From a virus (taxonomy: Duplodnaviria; Caudoviricetes), in the IMG/VR virus record IMGVR_UViG_3300021368_000002: DNA of 64,000 bases. One strand, written 5' to 3'. The notes under the pieces are model-generated. The model was given only the letters and a program-made list of their open reading frames with translations, was not told the DNA's origin and did not search any database. Both the position numbers and the translations under genes were made by a program. Shown in pieces: positions 47,394-57,681 of the stretch; position 1 is the first letter of the stretch, and every line of letters begins with the position of its first letter.

Positions 47394-49724
47394 TTAAATT
47401 GCACACGCTTCGCACATTTCATCATCTTCTGTAGCCAAAGTAGCTGGTTCAACCTCTGGTTGATTGTCGTGCCATCCTAATGAGTGTGCTGGTTCATCTA
47501 CCATTTCACTTGGATCTGTTTTGTAATCATATGTGTTTTGGTAGTAAGAAGTTTTCCAACCTAGCTTGTAAGTATTTAACAAGTCTTGCATCATAACACT
47601 CATTGGTACTTCGTTGTCTGGATACTGGGTAGGATTGTAACTCCAGTTTCCTGAAATAGCTTGATCAAAGAACTTTTGCATTACTGCGACAACGTTGATG
47701 TAACCTTCGTTGCTAGGCATTTCCCACAACAAGGTGTAGTGTTGCTTAAGACTTTGATATTGTGGAACAATCTGCTTAAGAGGCCCTTTTTTGCTTTTCT
47801 TAACGGACAGGTAGCCTCTAGGTGGCTCGATACCATTTGTTGCGTTCGACACAACGGAACTGCTCTCTGAAGGCATCTGTGCGGACAGTGTGCTGTGCCG
47901 TAATCCGTGCTCTCTAATATCGTTGCGTAAAGATTCCCAATCATATTTTAATTTGTTTTCTACAATAGTATCTACATCTTTTTTGTATGTATCTATAGGC
48001 AGGATGCCGTCTGAGTATTTAGTGCGGTTAAAGTACTCACACGCACCTCTTTCCTGCGCTATTTTGTTGCTGGCACGTAGCAAATAGTATTGGAATGCTT
48101 CAGTAAGATCATGCACAAGTTGCCATGCTTCCTGATCAGCATAGTTTACTTTATTCTTTGCCAAATAATGTGCTAGTCCAATATAACCAACTCCAAGCGA
48201 GCGTCTTGCTTTTGTAGAAATTTCTGCTGCTTTGATAGGATAGTTTTGATAATCAATTATTTCTTCTAATGCACGAACTGCTAATTCGCAAAGATCTTCT
48301 AAATCGTCTAACTCTTTAATTACACCTACGTTAATTGCACTTAAAATACAAAGAGCAATCTCTCCGTTCTCGTCGTCAATGTGCTCTAATGGCTTTGTTG
48401 GTAATGTAATTTCTTGACACAAGTTACTCATATAAACTGTGTCTTTGAACGAACTATGTGTATTAGAGTGATCTACATTCATAATATAGATACGTCCTGT
48501 TTCTGCACGTTCTTTAATTAATGCTGAAAATAATTCCATTGCAGAAATCTTTTTCTTTTTGATGCTTGTTTTGCGTTCATACATTTCATACATTTCTTTA
48601 AACGCATCCGCATCACCAAAGTATGCTTCATATAAGCCAGGCACATCATGTGGTGAGAAAAGAGTAATATCTCCGCCGCTCAACAATCTTTCGTACATAG
48701 TTTTGTTAAGTTGGATTGAGTAGTCTAGTTTACGTACACGGTTGTCTTCTGTGCCTTTGTTGTTCTTTAGCACAAGAATATCTTCAATCTCTTGATGCCA
48801 AAACGGGAAGTGTGTAGTAGCACTACCACCACGTACACCATTTTGTGTACAACAGCGTACAGTTGCTTCAAACTTCTTTAGGAACGGAATAATACCTGTA
48901 TGAGCTACTTCTCCTCCTCTGATTTTAGAGTTGACGCCTCTAATTCTTCCTGCGTTGATACCGATGCCAGCCCTCTGCGCAGTGTACCTTCCAATAGACA
49001 TATCGGAAGCAAAGATACTGTCAAGAGTGTCGTTACTGTCAACGAGGACACATGAAGCAAACTGGCGGACAGGGGTGCGGACTCCTGCCATAACTGGCGT
49101 TGGGATGTTGATTTTAAAAAGTGAGGTCGCATCATAATATCTCCTTACATAGTGCATACGTTCGTGCTTAGGATATTGCGAAAACAAAGTTGCTGCAATC
49201 ATCATATACATGAACTGAGGAGTCTCAAATAACTGGCCTGAAGATCTGTCCTGACAAAGATATTTGTCTACAACTTGACGCAGCCCTGCGTAGGTAAAAT
49301 TCTCGTCACGCTTGTGATGAATATATGAATCCATCCTTGCAATTTCTTCGCTATCATATTCATCAAGGATTGCTGGATCGTAAACACCTCTCTCAATGTT
49401 TTTATCGATCATTTCTCGCAATGTAATTGGCTCATAGCGACCGAACACTGTTTTGTTTACAGTGTAACCTAACAAACGAGCAGCAGCAGTTTGGTAATTA
49501 GGTGCATCAAGAGAAATCAAATCGTTTGCACTACGGATTAGAATTTCTTGTATTTCCGTTGTGCTCATACCATCGTAAAACTGTAAATTAGCATTCATTT
49601 CAATTTGGCTACTACTTACGCCTGCTAAACCTTTACAGGCTTCTTCTACAACAAAATGTATTTTGTCAATGTTTAATAATTCTTTAGTGCCATCTCTTTT
49701 GATAATATGAATGCCATTGGCCAT
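47394..49724 (-). CDS. nrdA: Ribonucleotide reductase class Ia alpha subunit with ATP cone
   Basis: IKRDG ATP cone, PTPVMAG, SCVL, SNLCQEI, MPSESSS, GIEP, C-terminal CEACAI. Confidence 0.97.
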   Translation of the reverse strand: MANGIHIIKRDGTKELLNIDKIHFVVEEACKGLAGVSSSQIEMNANLQFYDGMSTTEIQEILIRSANDLISLDAPNYQTAAARLLGYTVNKTVFGRYEPITLREMIDKNIERGVYDPAILDEYDSEEIARMDSYIHHKRDENFTYAGLRQVVDKYLCQDRSSGQLFETPQFMYMMIAATLFSQYPKHERMHYVRRYYDATSLFKINIPTPVMAGVRTPVRQFASCVLVDSNDTLDSIFASDMSIGRYTAQRAGIGINAGRIRGVNSKIRGGEVAHTGIIPFLKKFEATVRCCTQNGVRGGSATTHFPFWHQEIEDILVLKNNKGTEDNRVRKLDYSIQLNKTMYERLLSGGDITLFSPHDVPGLYEAYFGDADAFKEMYEMYERKTSIKKKKISAMELFSALIKERAETGRIYIMNVDHSNTHSSFKDTVYMSNLCQEITLPTKPLEHIDDENGEIALCILSAINVGVIKELDDLEDLCELAVRALEEIIDYQNYPIKAAEISTKARRSLGVGYIGLAHYLAKNKVNYADQEAWQLVHDLTEAFQYYLLRASNKIAQERGACEYFNRTKYSDGILPIDTYKKDVDTIVENKLKYDWESLRNDIREHGLRHSTLSAQMPSESSSVVSNATNGIEPPRGYLSVKKSKKGPLKQIVPQYQSLKQHYTLLWEMPSNEGYINVVAVMQKFFDQAISGNWSYNPTQYPDNEVPMSVMMQDLLNTYKLGWKTSYYQNTYDYKTDPSEMVDEPAHSLGWHDNQPEVEPATLATEDDEMCEACAI

Positions 49725-49764
49725 TTTTTGACTCTCCTTGTTTTTGATCTATTTAAATGAATAT

Positions 49765-50193
49765 TTATTTGGTTTTGTGCATAGGATATTTTTTCTGAAT
49801 TTGAAGTGTTGCTGGCAACTCCTTAACATCAATGTGTGTATTTTTATCATATCCAATCACTCTATTATTAATGACGAGGAGATAGTAATCGGCTGATTTT
49901 GTACTATCTATACCAATATGTATCTCAAAGTCGGACCCCGAAAAGCGGTCGGTTAACTGTAAAGAATAGCATTGTCCTAGTACGATACAAAAGTCACAAT
50001 ACTGATTCTCTTGTATAAGTTCCCAAGGACTAGGCCAGCTTTTTTCATCCCACGGGTCAGTATGTATACTAACTGTAGGAACATCATTATATTTGTCTAC
50101 TACATCTTGTAAAGGATCTTCAGCAGACTCTAGAGACACTCTAAAATCAGACCAAGCCCGTAGCCTGACTTCATAAGAACTATCCCTAAACAT
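49765..50193 (-). CDS. Conserved phage protein
   Basis: RLRAWSDFR...WPSPWELI..NQYC. Confidence 0.6.
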   Translation of the reverse strand: MFRDSSYEVRLRAWSDFRVSLESAEDPLQDVVDKYNDVPTVSIHTDPWDEKSWPSPWELIQENQYCDFCIVLGQCYSLQLTDRFSGSDFEIHIGIDSTKSADYYLLVINNRVIGYDKNTHIDVKELPATLQIQKKYPMHKTK

Positions 50194-51881
50194 TAATTGA
50201 CATATGTGAGTTTGTATGAAAAGTCTGCTCCGTCATATGTAGAGCCTTGCCTTTCATCAAATTGGTTTGTGTAAGTAACAAATGCTGTATCGCTTGCAGC
50301 ATCGTACTTAGAATAAAATCTAAGTTTCGGTAAGTTTGTTGCATCAAATGCATCATTGCCTCTTATATCAAAATCGTCTGTTAATTGTGCGTTTGTTTGT
50401 GTTGCGTTTATGTTTACATTTAATGTACCCGAACGTTGGATGTCTCCAGCTTTGGATTTATAAATGTAGTCTATTTTTACCTTCCTATCAGCTTCTCCTG
50501 GCAGTCTAATTAATTCTACTTTAGTAGTAGTTGATAGGTTTTCTATTACTAATTTATTATGTACACGTCTTTGAGTGTGTATTCCTGGACCAGCAACTTC
50601 TGCTTTATAAAAGTCGCCAGCGTAAGTAACCATATCCTCACTGACCTTAGATCTATCAAACCATTCTCCTGTGCTTTGATTATTAAAGTCGGTAAGTTTT
50701 ATTACTGAATATTGCTGTGTTGTTTCACTAGCACCATCGTTACCACATCCTGCGTAATAGTTAAAGTCCATATAGTTTTGCTGTCCTTTTTCTATCCAAA
50801 TTGCTTCACGCATGATGTTTGTAAACCTATTGTTAGATATTTTTGATCTACTCGGACCGTCTGTGCTGCCATCAACATTTAGTATTACTTCGCCAAACAC
50901 AATGCCTCTGCCTAAAGTATCAAATTTACAATCATCAATCAATGTGTCAACAACATCATAGTTACATTTAATTGCATATGTCATATTGTTAAAATCACAT
51001 CCAACTATTTCATTGTTAGCAGTTGTTGTGTTGTTAAAAGCGGTCATCTCTATTCCTGCTTTTAAAGGATTAAGTGCATCCGAAGTGACCCAAGCAGTTG
51101 ACATAGCAATGTTTGTAAATTTACTTTCCTTCATTGCCTCGGCTAGTATTATAGTTGCGTCTTGTAAACTGTTGTTAATTGTAAAATCTGATAGTTCAAT
51201 ATTTTTAGGCTGATTAGATACTGATGTAGTTGCTAATCCTTCACCAACAACATTTGTTTTATTGGCTGCTCCTGCTGTCCAATCAATAGAAACATTTGCT
51301 CCGCTAGATCCGTCATAGGAGTTAACAACCTGAAATGCAGGATCTACTGAACTGTTAAAAATAGTTTTACCTTTACCTGACCCAACAATTTTACAGTTGC
51401 TAGGAATATATATTGTATCAGTAAGAGTGTATTCTCCTGGATTAATAATCAATGTTACACGACTAGGTATATTTGAATTGCTTAAATCAACAGGGAAAAG
51501 TTGTAGGATAGCATTTTGTAATTCTCTTGTAACATCTTCACCTGGCAATATTGCAAAGTTTGCTCCGTTAACTTGATCATCAAGTCTACTTTGCAATGTT
51601 CTCTTTACAGGATGGTTACCGTCCTTGCCTGTTAATACACCTTGATCGTTTGCTTTATATTCGTAAGTTTCACCTATAATAGAAAATATATCACTATTTT
51701 CAGTCAGTATCTGCGTATTTCCTACAGCAGGCGCTCCTTCACTAACACTTCCGTTACCAATATAAAGTTCTTGCGAATCCACTGCCCAACCAAACTCTCC
51801 GCTTGCTAACTGCGGAATGCCAGTTCCTGTGTTCTTTTGCCCTCTGCGAACTTGGATTCTTGATATTTGTACAACAGCCAT
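50193..51881 (-). CDS. Virion structural protein with N-terminal RIQVRRG attachment module and beta-helix
   Basis: MAVVQISRIQVRRG...PQLASGEFGWAVDSQELYIGNG; pectate-lyase-like repeats. Confidence 0.7.
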   Translation of the reverse strand: MAVVQISRIQVRRGQKNTGTGIPQLASGEFGWAVDSQELYIGNGSVSEGAPAVGNTQILTENSDIFSIIGETYEYKANDQGVLTGKDGNHPVKRTLQSRLDDQVNGANFAILPGEDVTRELQNAILQLFPVDLSNSNIPSRVTLIINPGEYTLTDTIYIPSNCKIVGSGKGKTIFNSSVDPAFQVVNSYDGSSGANVSIDWTAGAANKTNVVGEGLATTSVSNQPKNIELSDFTINNSLQDATIILAEAMKESKFTNIAMSTAWVTSDALNPLKAGIEMTAFNNTTTANNEIVGCDFNNMTYAIKCNYDVVDTLIDDCKFDTLGRGIVFGEVILNVDGSTDGPSRSKISNNRFTNIMREAIWIEKGQQNYMDFNYYAGCGNDGASETTQQYSVIKLTDFNNQSTGEWFDRSKVSEDMVTYAGDFYKAEVAGPGIHTQRRVHNKLVIENLSTTTKVELIRLPGEADRKVKIDYIYKSKAGDIQRSGTLNVNINATQTNAQLTDDFDIRGNDAFDATNLPKLRFYSKYDAASDTAFVTYTNQFDERQGSTYDGADFSYKLTYVN

Positions 51882-51903
51882 CTACGTTCTCCTATATCTA
51901 TAT

Positions 51904-52584
51904 TTATGCGTAGTTCTCGTAATATTGATAGACTCTGTTGTACCATTCCTGTCTCCATTCCTCGTACTCGTCTGGCCATATATCAAATTGTTGATATTCT
52001 CCTGCACGGCTACACATAAACACATGACCTTCACGAATAGTGGTTCCATATATCTCATTGTGTGCTTCTGCATATGCGACAAGTTGTAAAAAATAATCTA
52101 CAACCCACTCAATCTTCTTAGGCTTATTTGTCTGTTTAAAATCCATAATTGAAGGTTGACCTTTGTACTGTCCTACTAAGTCTGTTGTACCAGCATACAT
52201 ATTAGGCATATACAAATTTACTTCACTTCCCCAAATTTCATCAACATCTGTTAATGCTTGTTCTTTAATTTGAGTTGCCATCATGTGAGCTTGCTTTGCA
52301 TAGGGATTACTACCAGGTGTAGGCCATTCACCAGTTTCCACATAATCTTCTAGATATTTGTGCATTCTAGTTCCAACGCCGGCAGCTTCTGTAGTAATCT
52401 CTCTTGCTTTTTGCTCACCTACACGTTTACGCCAAGCAATAAGATGTGTCTTGTCTTTGGTTGCGTCAAGGATAGTGGTAACACTAGCTACTGCGTTACC
52501 ATCGGGAGTAGCGTATAATCTTTTGCCGTTTACTTCTTTTCTATTAATTGGTTGGTAATTAAACTTTTCAATTAGAAGAGTCAT
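51904..52584 (-). CDS. PD-(D/E)XK exonuclease (Cas4/RecB-like)
   Basis: SVTTIL, GTRMHKYLE, YAGTTDLVG, IMDFKQT, QLVAYA. Confidence 0.85.
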   Translation of the reverse strand: MTLLIEKFNYQPINRKEVNGKRLYATPDGNAVASVTTILDATKDKTHLIAWRKRVGEQKAREITTEAAGVGTRMHKYLEDYVETGEWPTPGSNPYAKQAHMMATQIKEQALTDVDEIWGSEVNLYMPNMYAGTTDLVGQYKGQPSIMDFKQTNKPKKIEWVVDYFLQLVAYAEAHNEIYGTTIREGHVFMCSRAGEYQQFDIWPDEYEEWRQEWYNRVYQYYENYA

Positions 52585-52909
52585 TAGCACCCTCATCTTC
52601 TGTTTCCCAATCATCAAACATGAATGGGTCAGTGTAGTAAGGGTCTACAGTACTAAACGGATCGTCCTGCGCTTCGACAGACTTGATTTCTGGAATGTAG
52701 TGCATCATCATATTTTGAACACCCATTTTAAGTGTCATTGTTGAACCTGCACATCCCGAACAAGCACCGCCTAATTCTAATAGTAATGCGCCGTCATCAT
52801 AGGAGACAAATTCAATATTACCTCCATGGCTTGCAACAGCAGGCTTTACGTGGCTTTCGATAAGTGCTTTGATTTCTTGAATAATTTCTTCGTCTGTTCT
52901 TTTAGTCAT
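52568..52909 (-). CDS. NifU/NfuA C-terminal-domain Fe-S carrier
   Basis: VKPAVASHGGNIEF...LGGACSGCAGSTMTLK. Confidence 0.9.
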   Translation of the reverse strand: MTKRTDEEIIQEIKALIESHVKPAVASHGGNIEFVSYDDGALLLELGGACSGCAGSTMTLKMGVQNMMMHYIPEIKSVEAQDDPFSTVDPYYTDPFMFDDWETEDEGANDSSN

Positions 52910-52968
52910 AATATTTCCTTTACACAATATATAGTGTAGTTTCAGTTAGTTAGTTTGTCAAGTGATTT

Positions 52969-53286
52969 TTACAAATCTTTCAAATTTGTTGCTCTTTTGG
53001 CCATTGCACTTACTTCGTCACCATCACCCTGTCCTGCTCCACCCGGAGCATCAAAGTCACTGTTACTTACAAGGGTTATAGTTTCTTTGTCAAAGTTTTT
53101 TACAATGCCTTGGATACGTTGATCCATGTCATAAGCAGCTTTGAAAACATCGTAATCAAATTGCTGGTCGCCCATGCCGCCCATAACGTCATTAAGCTCT
53201 GTAAACGAAATATCTACATTGCTATCATCTTTTGCTTTAGTAAGTAAAACTTGAAGTAAAGTTGCTGTGTCTACAGCTTCATTCAC
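52969..53286 (-). CDS. Hypothetical protein
   Basis: Acidic ORF coupled to upstream gene. Confidence 0.6.
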   Translation of the reverse strand: MNEAVDTATLLQVLLTKAKDDSNVDISFTELNDVMGGMGDQQFDYDVFKAAYDMDQRIQGIVKNFDKETITLVSNSDFDAPGGAGQGDGDEVSAMAKRATNLKDL

Positions 53287-54152
53287 TTTTTTTTTGAAAG
53301 GATTTGTCCTAGCTTGCGTGAACGTTCTACAGACTCTCGTTTAGCTCTACCTGCTTCTTCTTCGCCGCCTGTAGCTGCTTCGTCTGCACCAAACTCATCA
53401 TCTAGTCCTGCTTCGGCATCAATGTCGACATCGCCCATATCATCGTCGCCACCTTCCATATCGGTTGTTGGCTCCATATCCATTTCCATGTCATCAGCAC
53501 CCATAGCATCCATAGGTTCGCCGTCACCTGTTAGTTGGCCTACACCTGCTGTTAGACTTTCGCGAGTTGATTCCATTGCTGTGTACATTGCTTCTAGCGC
53601 AGGCTTAACTGTGTTTACAAACGCTTCACTTGCTTCGCTGCCCATTTCGTCACGGATAGCATCAGCTAGTTCTAGCATTGATTCAGTTTGCATTTCAGCT
53701 GTATCTTCCATCCAGCCTGTAACACGATCAACCATATCTTTAGCTGCCATTACTAGTTCTGCTTCGTCTTCTGCGCCTTCGGTAACAACTGCTTCATCAG
53801 TTTTCTTTTTATTTTTATCTTTAATGGCTTTCTTCATTGGCTCTTTTTTATCGCCATCTTTATCCATATCTAAAAAGTCAGGCTTTGATTTTTCTTGAAT
53901 AGCTTCGCGTTCCTTAATAGCAACATTAAGAACATCCAAATACATTTTAGATTTTTGATAGTTTTCGCTTTTCACAGCATCAAAACTTTCGTTAGTTTCA
54001 ATTTGACTCAGTGCAGTACGAATTTTGTTTCTTGCATTTTCTAATTGCTCTAAAGTAAATGCCTCAAGATCTAAACGCTGGCCGAATTTTTGTGCCAGGT
54101 TTTCGTTAAGCATTTCTGCTGTAATTGGTTTTGCTATTTCTGATATAATCAT
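53283..54152 (-). CDS. Acidic putative head core/scaffold protein
   Basis: Highly acidic, DxDxDGD motif, basic C-terminus; late motif upstream. Confidence 0.5.
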   Translation of the reverse strand: MIISEIAKPITAEMLNENLAQKFGQRLDLEAFTLEQLENARNKIRTALSQIETNESFDAVKSENYQKSKMYLDVLNVAIKEREAIQEKSKPDFLDMDKDGDKKEPMKKAIKDKNKKKTDEAVVTEGAEDEAELVMAAKDMVDRVTGWMEDTAEMQTESMLELADAIRDEMGSEASEAFVNTVKPALEAMYTAMESTRESLTAGVGQLTGDGEPMDAMGADDMEMDMEPTTDMEGGDDDMGDVDIDAEAGLDDEFGADEAATGGEEEAGRAKRESVERSRKLGQILSKKK

Positions 54153-54194
54153 GTTTCTTTCCTATATGCGCTCCGCAATGTTACTTTGTATTTA

Positions 54195-54602
54195 TCAAAA
54201 GAAAATAAATTTATTCAACTTATCGGCTACTGCTTTTCTTCTGTCTACTGCATCAGACAGTCTAATTTCAGAAATATCACGTTTTAAGTCGTCTTTTGAA
54301 TGTTTAAGGGTGTGTTTATAAAACATACAGTCAATATCATACTTGCTATATGTTCTATCTAAATCTAATATTTCCAAAGCACGATGGCTTTTATTAGCTA
54401 ATGCAAGTGCAGCGTTTTTAGAATAGGTTTTTCCTAAACGGTTTTTTGTTTTTAGACAATATACAATATATCCATCTGACTTAGGAGTAATTATAATTTT
54501 ACCTATTCTAATACTATTATCTTGAATGTGAGGAATAGGAGTCTTGGCTAAGCCTGACTCTATTATATACGCTAAATCATTCAGGAGTTTTACTTTGTCC
54601 AT
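54195..54602 (-). CDS. Hypothetical protein
   Basis: 135-aa ORF. Confidence 0.55.
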   Translation of the reverse strand: MDKVKLLNDLAYIIESGLAKTPIPHIQDNSIRIGKIIITPKSDGYIVYCLKTKNRLGKTYSKNAALALANKSHRALEILDLDRTYSKYDIDCMFYKHTLKHSKDDLKRDISEIRLSDAVDRRKAVADKLNKFIFF

Positions 54603-54789
54603 AACCCACTACCATTGTCATACCGTTACACACTAATTTAGTTACCATGCTCTTTCTAATAAGACTATCAATTATGAATTGTTCTCGTTCATTAAAACTA
54701 TGTAGAGGCTTTGCGCCAAACGTTTTGTCTAGCACTTCAGACTCTTCATTAGTCAAGATAGTCCTTACAGTTAAATCACCAATCTTCAT
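54577..54789 (-). CDS. Hypothetical protein
   Basis: Coupled ORF. Confidence 0.6.
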   Translation of the reverse strand: MKIGDLTVRTILTNEESEVLDKTFGAKPLHSFNEREQFIIDSLIRKSMVTKLVCNGMTMVVGYGQSKTPE

Positions 54790-55025
54790 TGTTCAACCTG
54801 TACAATATCTCCTGGCTTGATGCCCCTATCCACTGTTCCTGTTGTCTTGGTGTTTAGCGTTAGCTTACCTGCAGGATCTTTAGATATCATTCCAGGTTTT
54901 TTTGGATCTTTTGGTACTACTGTTTTAATTTTGGTAGATGGATCTTGTAGCACAGTTTCATCATCGTTATCATCTAGAACTTGCAGGTTCATGTTTGCTT
55001 CTTTAATGACATCAAATAATTTCAT
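54786..55025 (-). CDS. Hypothetical protein
   Basis: Coupled ORF. Confidence 0.6.
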   Translation of the reverse strand: MKLFDVIKEANMNLQVLDDNDDETVLQDPSTKIKTVVPKDPKKPGMISKDPAGKLTLNTKTTGTVDRGIKPGDIVQVEQ

Positions 55026-55026
55026 A

Positions 55027-55308
55027 CTACATCTTCCTTGGTTTTAGGTTAATTCTTTTCAGCTTCTTACTAGCTGGGTTTGTTCGTTGTGTTCTGCTTC
55101 TTTTAATTTTTAAACTACTCGCCTTATGAGCTTTTGTCTTTTTAAGCGAAGCAGATTTTTTTAAATTTAATGGCTTTGTGCAAGTTGAAGGCTTTGCAAC
55201 GATACGTCCTTTTCTTGTACCACTTGTGCATCTGTACTTCCTTACATTCTTACTGCCTTTACGGCTCCAAACTTGCGTTACGCTTTCGATAATCTCTCTT
55301 AAATTCAT
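55027..55308 (-). CDS. Highly basic small protein, paralog of 55305
   Basis: VWSRKG..VRKYRC.SG.RKGRIVAKPSTC. Confidence 0.7.
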   Translation of the reverse strand: MNLREIIESVTQVWSRKGSKNVRKYRCTSGTRKGRIVAKPSTCTKPLNLKKSASLKKTKAHKASSLKIKRSRTQRTNPASKKLKRINLKPRKM

Positions 55309-55586
55309 CTTCGTGACGCCTTGTTTAGTGCTTGTACTCTACGACTTGCTGGATTAATTCTTTTGGTTCTTTTAGATTTCCTAGCCATCTTAGAACCCAA
55401 TCTTGCTTTCGTCATTTTTAACTTCAAGCGTTTCTTTACATCAGGTGCAGCAAAACATTGAGAAGCCTTTGCTACTACTCGTCCTTTACGTTTACCAGCA
55501 GAACAACGATACTTGCGTACCACACTCTTTCCTGATCTTGCCCAGACAGGCTTTTCTACTAATGATGTTAGTTCTCGTAATAGCAT
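55305..55586 (-). CDS. Highly basic small protein, paralog of 55027
   Basis: VWARSG..VRKYRC.AG.RKGRVVAKASQC. Confidence 0.7.
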   Translation of the reverse strand: MLLRELTSLVEKPVWARSGKSVVRKYRCSAGKRKGRVVAKASQCFAAPDVKKRLKLKMTKARLGSKMARKSKRTKRINPASRRVQALNKASRR

Positions 55587-55603
55587 AAAGTATTTATACT
55601 ATT

Positions 55604-55840
55604 TTAATTGAATTGAAATAAGATAACGACTATAGTTGATAATAGTCCGGCAACAATAGTTCCTGCTGTACCAATAAGTATCTTAGTCATGCTTTGCTGA
55701 CCAGCAGTAATATCTTCGTGAATACGCTCTACTTTTTCTTCTATTTTAGTAAGGCGGCCCTCAAGCACCTCGTAACGCTGAGCGCAAAGGTCTACGTGTG
55801 CTTCTAAATTTTCTTTTTCTAAGTCTGTTGGCTGTGCCAT
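55604..55840 (-). CDS. Coiled-coil + C-terminal TM protein (holin/XhlA-like topology)
   Basis: ENLEAHVDLCAQRY, then TM. Confidence 0.55.
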   Translation of the reverse strand: MAQPTDLEKENLEAHVDLCAQRYEVLEGRLTKIEEKVERIHEDITAGQQSMTKILIGTAGTIVAGLLSTIVVILFQFN

Positions 55841-55927
55841 ACATATCTCCATTGTACCCCTACTCCAGGGCAATTAGTAAACTCGTGGTTGGCCTAATGA
55901 ATGGATGCCTTTTTATTGCCTATGTAA

Positions 55928-56311
55928 CTATTTATCAATCAAGCTAAAAATAATGTTAATTTTGCTAGAATTCTTAGTAAAAAATACTGCGTCTTTAAAT
56001 TTAACACTTTCGTCTAATCCTTGTATGAAAGGTACAAGATCAAAGTCTTCTATTAAACTTTCTAGTTCAAGTCCGCCGTATTCAATATCAAACTCTACAT
56101 TCCAGTAGTGCTTTATGTTTTTATATATTGAACCGAACCCTTCGTGTGTACCTTTAATTTTTTCTATTTTAAAATTAGTTGGATTAGATCTCATACCTAT
56201 TGTTTGGTAAACAGTCATAAAGTTAGCCTGTTGATTAACTTCTTTTTCGCCTTCACCGCGTCTTGCTTTAGTTTCTGTCACGTCTACAATAGTTTTTAAA
56301 TTAAATCTCAT
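55928..56311 (-). CDS. Conserved phage protein
   Basis: TIVDVT...QQANF.T..Q.IGMRSN...DFDLVPFIQGLDE. Confidence 0.6.
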   Translation of the reverse strand: MRFNLKTIVDVTETKARRGEGEKEVNQQANFMTVYQTIGMRSNPTNFKIEKIKGTHEGFGSIYKNIKHYWNVEFDIEYGGLELESLIEDFDLVPFIQGLDESVKFKDAVFFTKNSSKINIIFSLIDK

Positions 56312-56328
56312 ACTATATTTACAGGCAT

Positions 56329-56358
56329 AAAAAAAGAGCCACTATAAAAGTGGCTCTT
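56329..56358 (-). terminator. Intrinsic terminator
   Basis: AAGAGCCACT-TTTAT-AGTGGCTCTT-TTTTT. Confidence 0.9.
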
Positions 56359-56378
56359 CTGTGACAGTAATTAATTAA

Positions 56379-56696
56379 TTACTTTGCAGCGTTAAATGTT
56401 GCTTCAATAGTTGTAGCAGCACCTGTTACGCCTAGTGCATCTGTGCTATCAGCAGCTAGTACTGGTCCCTGTACAGCAAAAAATACTGCGTCAGTTGTTC
56501 CAGAAACAAAAGCTGATCCGTCAGCTGTGCCCACACCTGCGATTGTGTGTGTTAGTGCTAGTTCCTGCACTGCTGCGTCTAGGTTAGCTTGTGTCATGTT
56601 TGTTAGAGCAAACTTCACGATTTGTGTGTTTGCACCTAGGCCGTTGCCTAGTTTTACGTCATAGTTTGCTGCGTTAGCAAATCCGATTCCAGCCAT
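56379..56696 (-). CDS. Small Ala/Thr/Gly-rich putative virion protein
   Basis: Own late promoter, 5' hairpin, strong SD and terminator. Confidence 0.6.
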   Translation of the reverse strand: MAGIGFANAANYDVKLGNGLGANTQIVKFALTNMTQANLDAAVQELALTHTIAGVGTADGSAFVSGTTDAVFFAVQGPVLAADSTDALGVTGAATTIEATFNAAK

Positions 56697-56753
56697 TTTC
56701 TTTCTCCTTAACTCTGAAATGACAATACCGCGACTCTGCGGCGTTGTTATATG

Positions 56754-56759
56754 TATTTA
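56754..56759 (-). promoter_or_regulatory. T4-like late promoter core TAAATA (recurrent motif; one example)
   Basis: Same motif shortly upstream of many ORFs: 2518(+), 10452, 28028, 33378, 34714, 55591 and others. Confidence 0.65.
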
Positions 56760-56808
56760 GCAATATAAAGAAAAAAGTGCTATAATAGCCTTAAAATGAC
56801 GGAAAATT

Positions 56809-57681
56809 TTACTTCTTAGTATAATTTTTTGATCTTTGGTGTAATAATCTTAGTTGTTGAACAAATCCAGGACCAGCCTGCACTATATCATTAAGCATTT
56901 TTACTGCTGGCATATAACCTCTTACTGCGGTATTAGGAATACTTTCCCCATTTTCTGCTTTTTTAAGGAAAAGTCTTGTTTGTGCTAGATTCTTATTACC
57001 AACTATCAGTCTGTATAATAAAAGATCTCTGTCATCAAAACCTAAATCAGGATTACTAACTGTAGGGTTAGTATCTTTGACACCTGTGCTTTCTAGACCA
57101 AACTGTGCTATTGCTTTAGAAAGATCATCAATTAAGTCGCTTGCTCTTAATCGTGTTCTAGCAGCTAAGAGGAGATTGGTAGCTGCTGTTTTCTTTTCTA
57201 TTGTATTAAGTTCTGCAAAATTAATAATTCTGCGTCTAGTATTTTTTAAAGTTGTGTCCGTTATACCAAGTTGTCTTTCAATTGCTACAAAAGTTTCCAT
57301 AACATTAGTTGGAGGACTTCCTGTTCCCAGTGTTTTAATGTAAAAATGTATTTGGCGCAAAGGAACGTTTGTTTTCTGTCTTGCTTTCCAAGCAGCACCA
57401 GGATCTTTTAAAACTGAAAGAGCTTTTTCATCTCCGTTCACCCAGTACATAAAATTATACATATCTGTACTAGCAGGGCGGAATTTAGAATATTCTCTAT
57501 ATCCAGAACTTCTTCTGCAATAATCACTTGCTGTCTTTGCATAGGCAGGAAACTGACGTAATAATTCTATACATAACATACTTAGGTATAAATTTAATTT
57601 GCAATCAGCATAGGTAAGTTTGCGAGCATCATTTGCGTCGCGAGTCATCCTACCTTCTTGAAGTTCTTTAATAAAGTCCAT
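56809..57681 (-). CDS. Putative virion protein
   Basis: MDFIKELQEGRM N-terminus. Confidence 0.55.
   Translation of the reverse strand: MDFIKELQEGRMTRDANDARKLTYADCKLNLYLSMLCIELLRQFPAYAKTASDYCRRSSGYREYSKFRPASTDMYNFMYWVNGDEKALSVLKDPGAAWKARQKTNVPLRQIHFYIKTLGTGSPPTNVMETFVAIERQLGITDTTLKNTRRRIINFAELNTIEKKTAATNLLLAARTRLRASDLIDDLSKAIAQFGLESTGVKDTNPTVSNPDLGFDDRDLLLYRLIVGNKNLAQTRLFLKKAENGESIPNTAVRGYMPAVKMLNDIVQAGPGFVQQLRLLHQRSKNYTKK

Noticed and set aside
46231-49724. Introns or inteins in nrdA/nrdB
   Set aside because: Both ORFs are uninterrupted and of normal length.
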